The position numbers and the translations under genes are program-made. Below the pieces are notes generated by a model, which did not search any database, had not been told where the DNA came from, and saw nothing but the letters and a program-made list of their open reading frames with translations. Of a DNA stretch of 64,000 bases, positions 10,931 through 21,600 are shown in pieces; position 1 is the first letter of the stretch; every line of letters starts with the position of its first letter. The DNA comes from Macrostomum hystrix (Eukaryota; Animalia; Platyhelminthes), in contig CATNEN010000024.1 in NCBI GenBank assembly GCA_950097015.1, positions 4,526,001 to 4,590,000 of the forward strand, in the 5' to 3' direction.

Positions 10931-13900
10931 ATGTTTCGTCTGTTAGTACTCATGATTGCACTTGCTTTGGGTAAGTTTATCTTTCTTGACAACATTTTCT
11001 ACAGCGAACACGACAAAATGATATGATGTTTCATGGCTAAAGATGAGTAGCTAGCTATGATAAGAGGCTGTGAGATGGGTTGCTAGTTATGATAAGCAGG
11101 CTGTGAGGTGGGTTGCTAGCTATGATAAGCAGGCTGTGAGGTGAGTTGCTAGTTATGATAAGCAGGCTGTGAGGTGGGTTGCTAGCTATGATAAGCAGGC
11201 TGTGAGATGGGTTGCTAGTTATGATAAGCAGGCTGTGAGGTGGGTTGCTTGTTATGATAAGCAGGCTGTGAGGTGAGTTGCTAGTTATGATAAGCAGGCT
11301 GTGAGGTGGGTTGCTAGCTATGATAAGCAGGCTGTGAGATGGGTTGCTAGTTATGATAAGCAGGCTGTGAGGTGGGTTGCTTGTTATGATAAGCAGGCTG
11401 TGAGGTGGGTTGCTAGTTATGATAAGCAGGCTGTGAGGTGGGTTGCTAGTTATGATAAGCAGGCTGTGAGATGGGTTGCTAGTTATGATAAGAAGGCTGT
11501 GAGATGGGTTGCTTGTTATGATAAGAGGCTGTGAGGTGGGTTGCTTGTTATGATAAGCAGGCTGTGAGGTGAGTTGCTAGTTATGATAAGCAGGCTGTGA
11601 GGTGGGTTGCTAGCTATGATAAGCAGGCTGTGAGATGGGTTGCTAGTTATGATAAGCAGGCTGTGAGGTGGGTTGCTTGTTATGATAAGCAGGCTGTGAG
11701 GTGGGTTGCTAGTTATGATAAGCAGGCTGTGAGGTGGGTTGCTAGTTATGATAAGCAGGCTGTGAGATGGGTTGCTAGTTATGATAAGAAGGCTGTGAGA
11801 TGGGTTGCTTGTTATGATAAGAGGCTGTGAGATGAGTAGCTAGCTATGATAAGAGGCTGTGAGATGGGTTGCTTGTTATGATAAGCAGGCTGTGAGGTAG
11901 GTTGCTAGCTATGATAAGAAGGCTGTGAGATGGGTTGCTAGTTATGATAAGAGGCTGTGAGGTGGGTTGCTAGTTATGATAAGCAGGCTGTGAGATGGGT
12001 TGCTAGTTATGATAAGCAGGCTGTGAGGTGGGTTGCTTGTTATGATTAGAGGCTGTGAGATGGGTTGCTAGCTATGATAAGCAGGCTGTGAGGTGGGTTG
12101 CTTGTTATGATAAGAGGCTGTGAGATGGGTTGCTAGCTATGATAAGCAGGCTGTGAGGTGGGTTGCTAGCTATGATAAGCAGGCTGTGAGGTGGGTTGCT
12201 TGTTATGATAAGAGGCTGTGAGGTGGGTTGCTAGTTATGATAAGAGGCTGTGAGATGGGTTGCTAGCTATGATAAGCAGGCTGTGAGATGGGTTGCTCGT
12301 TATGATAAGAGGCTGTGAGGTGGGTTGCTAGCTATGATAAGCAGGCTGTGAGATGGGTTGCTAGCTATGATAAGCAGGCTGTGAGATGGGTTGCTAGCTA
12401 TGATAAGCAGGCTGTGAGATGGGTTGCTAGTTATGATAAGAGGCTGTGAGATGGGTTGCTAGCTATGATAAGCAGGCTGTGAGATGAGTAGCTAGCTATG
12501 ATAAGCAGGCTGTGAGATGGGTTGCTTGTTATGATAAGCAGGCTGTGAGATGGGTTGCTAGCTATGATAAGCAGGCTGTGAAGTGGGTTGCTAGCTATGA
12601 TAAGCAGGCTGTGAGATGGGTTGCTAGCTATGATAAGCAGGCTGTGAGATGGGTTGCTTGTTATGATAAGAGGCTGTGAAGTGGGTTGCTAGCTATGATA
12701 AGCAGGCTGTGAGATGATTTGCTAGCTATGATAAGCAGGCTGTGAGGTGGGTTGCTAGTTATGATAAGCAGGCTGTGAGATGGGTTGCTAGCTATGATAA
12801 GCAGGCTGTGAAGTGGGTTGCTAGCTATGATAAGCAGGCTGTGAGATGGGTTGCTTGTTATGATAAGAGGCTGTGAAGTGGGTTGCTAGCTATGATAAGC
12901 AGGCTGTGAGATGGGTTGCTTGTTATGATAAGCAGGCTATGAGATGAGTTGCTTGTTATGATAAGAGGCTGTGAGATGGGTTGCTTGTTATGATAAGAGG
13001 CTGTGAGATGGGTTGCTAGCTATGAGAAGCAGGCTGTGAGATGGGTTGCTAGCTATGATAAGCAGGCTGTGAGATGGGTTGCTTGTTACGATAAGCAGGC
13101 TGTGAGGTGGGTTGCTTGTTATGATAAGCAGGCTGTGAGATGGGTTGCTAGCTATGATAAGAAGGCTGTGAGATGGGTTGCTAGTTATGATAAGAGGCTG
13201 TGAGGTGGGTTGCTAGCTATGATAAGCAGGCTGTGAGATGGCTTGCTAGCTATGATAAGCAGGCTGTGAGATGGGTTGCTAGTTATGATAAGCAGGCTGT
13301 GAGATGGGTTGCTTGTTACGATAAGCAGGCTGTGAGGTGGGTTGCTTGTTATGATAAGCAGGCTGTGAGATGGGTTGCTAGCTATGATAAGAAGGCTGTG
13401 AGATGGGTTGCTAGTTATGATAAGAGGCTGTGAGGTGGGTTGCTAGCTATGATAAGCAGGCTGTGAGATGGCTTGCTAGCTATGATAAGCAGGCTGTGAG
13501 ATGGGTTGCTAGTTATGATAAGCAGGCTGTGAGATGGGTTGCTAGCTATGATAAGCAGGCTGTGAGGTTGGTTGCTTGTTATGATAAGCAGGCTGTGAGA
13601 TGGGTTGCTTGTTATGATAAGCAGGCAGTGAGATGGGTTGCTAGCTATGATAAGCAGGCTGTGAGATGGGTTGCTAGCTATGATAAGCAGGCTGTGAGAT
13701 GGGTTGCTAGCTATGATAAGCAGGCTGTGAGATGGGTTGCTTGTTATGATAAGCAGGCTGTGAGGTGGGTTGCTAGCTATGATAAGAAGGCTGTGAGATG
13801 GGTTGCTAGTTATGATAAGAGGCTGTGAGGTGGGTTGCTTGTTATGATAAGAAGGCTGTGAGATGGGTTGCTAGTTATGATTAGCAGGCTGTGAGGTGGG

Positions 13901-16900
13901 TTGCTAGCTATGATAAGCAGGCTGTGAGATGGGTTGCTAGCTATGATAAGAGGCTGTGGGATGGGTTGCTAGTTATGATAAGAGGCTGTGAGGTGGGTTG
14001 CTAGTTATGATAAGAGGCTGTGAGGTGGGTTGCTAGCTATGATAAGCAGGCTGTGAGGTTGGTTGCTTGTTATGATAAGCAGGCAGTGAGATGGGTTGCT
14101 AGCTATGATAAGCAGGCTGTGAGATGGGTTGCTAGTTATGATAAGAAGGCTGTGAGATGGGTTGCTTGTTATGATAAGAAGGCTGTGAGATGGGTTGCTT
14201 GTTATGATAAGCAGGCTGTGAGGTGGGTTGCTTGTTATGATAAGCAGGCTGTGAGGTGGGTTGCTAGCTATGATAAGAAGGCTGTGAGATGGGTTGCTAG
14301 TTATGATAAGAGGCTGTGAGGTGGGTTGCTAGTTATGATAAGAAGGCTGTGAGATGGGTTGCTAGTTATGATAAGCAGGCTGTGAGGTGGGTTGCTAGCT
14401 ATGATAAGCAGGCTGTGAGATGGGTTGCTAGCTATGATAAGAGGCTGTGGGATGGGTTGCTAGTTATGATAAGAGGCTGTGAGGTGGGTTGCTAGTTATG
14501 ATAAGCAGGCTGTGAGATGGGTTGCTAGTTATGATAAGCAGGCTGTGAGGTGGGTTGCTTGTTATGATAAGCAGGCTGTGAGATGGGTTGCTAGCTATGA
14601 TAAGCAGGCTGTGAGATGGGTTGCTAGCTATGATTAGAAGGCTGTGAGATGGGTTGCTAGTTATGATAAGAGGCTGTGAGGTGGGTTGCTAGCTATGATA
14701 AGCAGGCTGTGAGATGGGTTGCTAGCTATGATAAGCAGGCTGTGAGGTGGGTTGCTTGTTATGATAAGCAGGCTGTGAGATGGGTTGCTAGTTTTGATAA
14801 GAGGCTGTGAGGTGGGTTGCTAAGGAGGGTAAGAAAATGCACATCGCTCAGAAGACACTGAATTGAAGTGATTCGCTGTTTGTTGTGCAGCCGGCCTGTG
14901 CTCAGGAGCCGTTCGCTCCAGCAGCAGCAGCAGGAGCAGCTCCTACAGTCGCTCCAGCCGCTCCTACAGCGGCTCCTACCGCAGCGGGTCGAGTCGCTAC
15001 GGATCCTCGAGAGGCACTGGCTATGGCTCGCTGTCACTGCTCGTTAGCAGTCGATTCTCGTGAGACCAAATGTTCAAACTACCCTACTATGAGTAGCACA
15101 ATCAAAATATTTAAATCTCAAAAATGCTAATTGACTACGAAGTCTTTACCGTTTTTTCCTGAGGGAGCGATGGAGCTTGTAGCCCATTGGTTGGAGCTTC
15201 GGTGCAACTGAGATGTCGAGAGTTTGAATCCCAGCCTAGGGGAAACAGTTTATTAAATAAATATATCAGTGCTCAATAAGTACTACTGTGATTAGTAGAC
15301 TGACACAACCAGATTTTTAATTATTTTTAGCTACCGAGTCAACCGTCTGTCATACAGTCGCGGCATATTCTTCGCTACCTGGTCTTGGCGCAGCCGGCAC
15401 TCGGAATACTCCGACAGCTCAGCCATCTGCTTCAACGTGGTGGACAGCCTGCCGGCTGAGTACAACAGCTCAGTTGTGCAGCCATGGCTGTACAAGAGTC
15501 AACAGGTCTACGGACTCTTCGTCTGTCCCATCGACCAGGCGCGCCCTGATCGCATCTACTGCTGCGGCACCGAGGAGGCACAGAGTTGTTGCAGCTTCCT
15601 TGAGGAGTGAGCGGAAACAGCGCCAGGGTGTCAGGGAGCAGTCAGTAGGGTGTCAGGGAGCAGTCAGTAGTGTCAGGGAGCAGTCAGCAGGGTGTCAGGG
15701 AGCAGTCAGTAGTGTCAGGGAGCAGTCAGCAGGGTGTCAGGGAGCAGTCAGTAGAGTGTCAGGGAGCAGTCAGCAGGGTGTCAGGGAGCAGTCAGTAGAG
15801 TGTCAGGGAGCAGTCAGCAGGGTGTCAGGGAGCAGCCAGTAGGGTGTCAGGGTGCAGTCAGCAGGGTGTCAGGGGGCAGTCAGTAGAGTGTCAGGGAGCA
15901 GTCAGTAGAGTGTCAGGGTGTAGTCAGCAGGGTGTCAGGGAGCAGTCAGTAGGGTGTCACGGAGCAGACCAGCAGGGTTTCAGGGAGCAGTCAGTAGGGT
16001 GTCAGGGAGCAGTCAGTTGGGTGGTTTCTGGATTTTCTGTAGCAATCTGAGAAACAAGTAACATGCTAATTGTTATTCGTGCAAGAAGCCTTTCTACTTC
16101 GCAAAGCTCCATTGTTCCACTTTCGTTCTACTCGATTTCTAGTAGCGGCAAAGTGGTTGGCCTGTTTGTCGGACTCAGCATAGGACTGTTAGTGAGCGCT
16201 TTCATCGCATTCCACGTTCGGCGCTTCTACATCAGGCGGCAAAAGCTGGCGCGCAGGTGAGGGAAAATTTAGAGACGGCGAGAAAGGGAATGACAGACGG
16301 CGAGGAAGAGAATGAGAGACGGCGAGAAAGGTAATGGGAGACGGCGAGGAAGAGAATGAGAGACGGCGAGGAAGGGAATGACAGACGGCGAGGAAGAGAA
16401 TGACCGACGGTGAGTAAGGGAATGGGAGACGGCGAGAAAGGTAATGGGAGACGGCGAGGAAGAGAATGAGAGACGGCGAGGAAGGGAATGACAGACGGCG
16501 AGGAAGAGAATGACCGACGGTGAGTAAGGGAATGGGAGACGGCGAGAAAGGTAATGGGAGACGGCGAGGAAGGGAATGGGAGACGGCATGGGTGAGACGC
16601 TTAGGGATCTAATGAATGATTTCCATAGTTCTAAATTCGACCATCAAATACTGCAGTCGGCAGCAGGCCAGCAATGCAGTGATTGTCGCCCACATCGTTC
16701 CGGCGACAGCGGACGAGAGTTCGATCGCAACTGTCGTCTCATCATCGTTGACTCCAGGCCAGTCAGCGGCATCCGGTGGCGCCGAGTCGATGAGCAACAA
16801 GCCGTCGGAGCATCTGGGCGAATTCGATTACGCATTCGGGCAGCAGCAGCTGCCGCCTTTGCCGGCCTACCAGGAGTTGGTAACGCAGCCGGCCGAGCTG

Positions 16901-16966
16901 CCGCCGGCCTACTGGGAAGTCAACAGCCGTGGTCAGCCCGGGCAGATGCCGACCGTGCATCACTGA
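10931..16966 (+). CDS. Shisa-like/CX-domain single-pass membrane protein, copy 3 (~302 aa, 5 exons) with PY motifs
   Basis: Exons 10931-10970, 14891-15059, 15331-15606, 16143-16256, 16657-16966; phases 1,2,2,2. Signal peptide MFRLLVLMIALALAGLCSG, Ser/Arg/Tyr-rich segment, six-Cys domain (ICFN...VCP...YCCG...SCC), TM VVGLFVGLSIGLLVSAFIAF, tail with LPAY and PPAY. Confidence 0.9.
11040..14822. repeat. 3.8-kb 32/33-bp minisatellite (GCTGTGAGATGGGTTGCTAGCTATGATAAGCAG)n forming almost all of intron 1 of copy 3
   Basis: About 115 units with a few recurring variants; 11-aa periodic ORFs. Confidence 0.98.
15173..15240 (+). mobile_element. tRNA-like SINE head or tRNA pseudogene
   Basis: A-box-like TAGCCCATTGG and B-box-like GTTTGAATCCC at tRNA spacing; no convincing full cloverleaf. 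Confidence 0.45.
15625..16015. repeat. ~22-bp minisatellite (GGGTGTCAGGGAGCAGTCAGTA)n in intron 3 of copy 3
   Basis: Tandem periodicity. Confidence 0.93.
16270..16590. repeat. ~21-bp purine-rich minisatellite (GAGACGGCGAGGAAGAGAATG)n in intron 4 of copy 3
   Basis: Tandem periodicity. Confidence 0.92.
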
Positions 16967-17024
16967 ATAACTCAACATATTAATAGTTTGAATGCGTGTT
17001 TTGCGTGGACGAACCGTAAAGCTC

Positions 17025-17700
17025 TAGGAATCGAAAAAACAGCAATTAGTATCGGAGATACTGTTTTAGGAATCGGAGATACAGCTCTAGGAATCGGAGA
17101 AACAGCTCAAGGAATCGGAGAAACAGCTCTAGGAATCGGAGATATAGCTCAAGGAATCGGAGAAATAGCTCTAGAAATCGGAAAAACAGCTCTAGGAATC
17201 GGAGAAAAAGCTCTAGAAATCGGAAAAACAGCTCTAGGAATCGGAGAAAAAGCTCTAGGAACCAGAGAAACAGCTCTAGGAACCAGAGAAACAGCTCTAG
17301 GAACCGGAGATACTGTTTTAGGAATCGAAGAAACATCTCTAGGAATCGGAGATACAGCTATAATAATCGGAGATACTGCTCTTGGAATCGGAGAAACAGC
17401 TCTAGGAATCGGAGATACAGCTATAGTAATCGGAGATACTGCTCTTGGAATCGGAGAAACAGCTCTAGGAATCGGAAATACAGCTATAGTAATCGGAGAT
17501 ACTGCTCTTGGAATCGGAGAAACAGCTCTAGGAATCGGAAATACAGCTCAAAGAATCGGAGATACAGCTCTAGGAATCGGAGAAACAGCTCTAGGAACCG
17601 GAGAAACAGCTCTAGGAATCGGAGATATAGCTCAAGGAATCGGAGCAACAGCTCTAGCTGCAGGAATGACATACTGAAAGGAATCGAAGATGCAACTAGG
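17025..17700. repeat. 21-bp minisatellite (GGAATCGGAGAAACAGCTCTA)n
   Basis: Tandem periodicity (GIGETAL repeat ORF) 3' of copy 3. Confidence 0.95.
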
Positions 17701-18029
17701 AATCTAATGATTAGAGATGAAGGAATCGGAGATGCAGGAATCGAAGCGCGGATATACTGCTAGGTGCCTGCGATGAAGCTGGGAAGCGGAGTTACATGTA
17801 TAGGATAGGATACGTATTTCTATAGTAGATCAATGCAGCCATTTACCTTTTCTTGAATTGATTAACGCCACAAGTGAACTGTGTCTTAGGGTTTTCTGAG
17901 TTAATTTTGTACTTCTTACAGCCTAAAGTTTTAGTCAATGCCTGCATATTCTGTTTATTTTTATTCACATATAGAAGCGGTTAAATTAGTCCATTCGATA
18001 AATAAAATTTCTTGCCTTCTATATAAAAA

Positions 18030-18095
18030 GTTTTTTGTGATGCTGGGAATCGAACCCCGACCTACAATTTGGGAGTCGGACGATCATTTTAGTTA
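18030..18095 (-). mobile_element. degenerate tRNA-like element (Gly-CCC-like SINE head or pseudogene)
   Basis: Minus strand GACTCCCAAATTGTAGGTCGGGGTTCGATTCCC: anticodon-loop-like segment plus a B-box; the 5' half is degenerate. Confidence 0.4.
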
Positions 18096-18688
18096 TCTAG
18101 TTTTTGAAGGTAACACAAAAAATCTTTTGAACTACTGCCAAGGTGCTAAAAGTTCAAACCTCAATGGCTTATCGTCTAGTTGACGAAGCAATTCAATTCT
18201 AGTCAATTCTCATGAGTTCGTCTCGCTTACAGATCCGAGATTGAAAGTAACAAGGCGTTGAACAATGATCAAATGCATTCAGCGCTTTCTAAGAATACGC
18301 GAAACGCGTATAGGAAATAGAAGGGCACAGGCTTTATGGACCGAATAGAAAATAGCTTTTTGGAAGATTTATTTAGGTTAAGTTTTTTATGAATGATTTT
18401 TGCAATGCGTTTAGTCTGCATGATTAGTTTTGTCAGCGCCTGAGATAACTCACAATTCACATAGGAAACACAACAAAAGCGCACTGAAAGAAAACACATT
18501 TTAAACTACTTCTAGTTTTAAGCAAGTGTGAGCAAATAGATCTGTTTGCATAGATTTTTTACAGCATGGGCAATTGACAAGCGCGATTTGAGGCGCGGAG
18601 CTGCAAAGTCATTGCCCGATAGTCTAAGAGAAGTTAAAACAGCTAACAGAAGGATGGCACACTGGAGCTTATAAAATATGTTAAAATT

Positions 18689-21600
18689 CTATTTCATATT
18701 GGCCAGTTCAAGCAAGGACATTCGGCCGTCAAGCAGCTGGTCTGCGGTGCGGACTCGCTTCAACTGCGGCTCAGAGGAGGGCACAGTGACGTCATTCTTG
18801 CCGGAGTCGACAGGCCGGCGCCTACGCTCCGGTTGGTCACCGGGCAGCAGGTGGCGATCCTCGCTGTAGGCCGGCAGACGACGCTCGGTTGACGAGGCCG
18901 CAGCGGAGCTGAGAAATCGAGACAGCACTAAGCCACGCCCCGAAACGGCCACGGGAGCCAGGCCGCCGCCGCACATTGGATCGGAGCGGACAGAAGCGGC
19001 TCCGACCAAGACGCCGCCGCTGGATGACGAGATCGTGGAATCGGCCCGCCGCTTGGCCATTACGGACCGCATGCGCGACTTCAGGCTGCTACCTTCAATG
19101 CGGCTAACAGCGCTTGCTGACGAAGTCGACGGCGGTGGCGGAGGGAGCTGGCTTGGTTGTGGAGCCGGCTGAGCGGGAAGGCCGAACAGCTCCGCTAGAA
19201 GGTCTAGCTCGTCAACGTTGGCCCCACTAGGACCCGGTGCATCCTCAACTATGTCGGCTGGCAGCGAAGAGGCAGGATCTACCAGCGGGTGTTCATCGAG
19301 GACAGGCGGCGTGGGCGGAGCGGCGGCCAAAGCTACGGCGGAGCTGCGCCCAGATCCGTCGCAGGTGAAGCTGCTAGATGGCTCTGTACGGTAGCCCAGG
19401 TTTTCAACTGCCGGACACTCCCGCTCAAACAAAATGGCGGTCAGCTGGCCGGAGCGAAAGATTGGCGACGCGGCCAAGTCGTGACAGGCCAGGCCAGGCG
19501 AGACAGCGTCGGAGCCACCGGACTCCTGACTTGGGCCGATGCGCATCCAGCGGGCATCTTTATTATTGGAGGAAGAAAGTAAAACGGAAGCGGGATGGGA
19601 AAATTAAAAGGCGATGCTTGAGTGTCTGTCAGAAGTGACTGATTGTATTAGAAGCACCTATATTAGAGACTTGCAACTGAGAATAAAATTATCAGATGAA
19701 AAATGTCTAAAATGCTTACACGGAAGGTAGAAATAGAGAGATAAGATACTTGCTTCGATAGCAGTTAAAATTTAGGTGAGGCGGCTGGCTATGTTGCAAA
19801 CTTCTTCGATCTCAAAAAACTTTTTTATATGCTAGATGTACAAGCAAGAACGCAGACAATTTACCTGTGCGCCGGCAGATGCAGATTCAAATTCAATTCC
19901 AATTGAATTCGGCTCGTAGCCGAAAGTGACTCCGCGATGGCCAGCACTTTCGGGCTTTGACTGGAAGCGCTTCGCCTCCATTGTGCCACTTTTTTATGCG
20001 CGATTTTAGTGCAATTATTTAAATAGGCGCCGATTCGATCAAAGAAAGAATGCAATATAGCCGCAAAGCCGGTCTCTTACTGCGAAGACTCGTGATTTTT
20101 CTAGCAATTTAAAAATCGTAGGCTAAGAACAGCCATACGAGTTGCAATTTGTGATCTTTTTTTGCCGTAAAGATCGGTTTCTTTAAGCTACAAGAATTTA
20201 GCAATAAATTTTTTTCTTTTAGCCGTAAAGAGGTCTGTTACGCAGTCTATTTTTTTACTTTGACTTAAGAAACTAAGGACTTTGCTATCCTAAATGCAAT
20301 GAATAAAGATTTTTATAACTCTAATCAGTTCATAAATTCATTAGCCCTAAAGACAGGTTTTAGTCCTAAAGAATTCATCTATGATCACGTAAAAATCGTT
20401 ATCTAAGCTGCAAGGACTCTATGAATGTTTTAGCCGTAAAGAGGTCGGTTTCTTACTTTTGAAGACTTTTAGCTCTAGTCGCAATTCTACAATGCCCTTA
20501 GAAAAGTGTTATTTTTACGTGAAACTTCCATCGTAAAAATAACACCTGATTGTCAATGTAGATTGCTATACATCAGAACTCTCTAACCTGTTTAGTAAGA
20601 CAGCTCGCATGCATCGATGCAGAAATCGAAAGAATTATGCTACGCATGAAAGGAATTCTGGTTTCGATTCGAAACTGGGATTTTAAAGCGAGACTAGATT
20701 CATAAACAGGACAGGAATTTCTATAGGGCTATGGATCGAGCTAAGTACTTTAGCATTAGAATTAGCTTAGATACATAAAGGAGCTGAATCAAATATATAA
20801 TATCACAAATGAAAAAGGTGGGAGGGGTAAAATAGAGAGACTAGATAAGCAAAAATGCCCATTATTGTGAAAGACAACACAGATAGAAATTGGCATTCAC
20901 ACTCCCCTAGAAAAACTTACTGTCTCGGCTGAATAGCCAAATAACATAATAAAATTGATTGTCAGGACGGGCCACTCGTTGAAGGGCCGCCGTGGGCATC
21001 AGAGAGAGGCCGTCGTGAGTGCGCAGGCTCTTCAGCGGCGTAGAGCCGTTTAGGCCGTCGCGGGCCTCTAGGAAGACGGCATCAGATAGGGGCTGGCGAC
21101 CATCTTGGGATCTGGAATGGCATGACGATAATAAAGTCAGGGCAGATGCACACACACCCGTGTGAGTGTGTGCTCTGGAGTCTGCGGAATGAGCAGAATT
21201 GCTTCTCGCTGTCTGAGGGTCTACCGTTACCAGTACCAGTGCTTATAATAATAATAACTGCAGTAGGACTAGGCAATGGCACATCATTTGGTGACGCTAG
21301 ACCCGCAGCCAGCGAGGAGGCAATTTTGCGCATTTCGCTTTGCTGACTACAGAGCACACACACACACAGGCAGACAGATACTGTAGGCAGGCACACGCTT
21401 ACACAGGTGTGTACATCTGCCCTGACTTTCTCATAGTCAGGCAGTGTGCACTCTCACTGTGCCTTGGAGTTTGACCCTAGAGCACAAGCCACCAAGCCTC
21501 CTCTCTGCGGCTGCGCCCCAAATTAATGTGATCTCGCGGAATCGAGTCAGGGATCTTGGTGCGAGAGGCAAACGCGTTAACCACTCTGCTACTCACCCCC

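Noticed and set aside
15173-15240. Functional tRNA genes (also 18030-18095 and 37300-37385)
   Set aside because: Only A- or B-box-like parts are recognisable; acceptor and anticodon stems do not close by eye. tRNAscan-SE would settle it.
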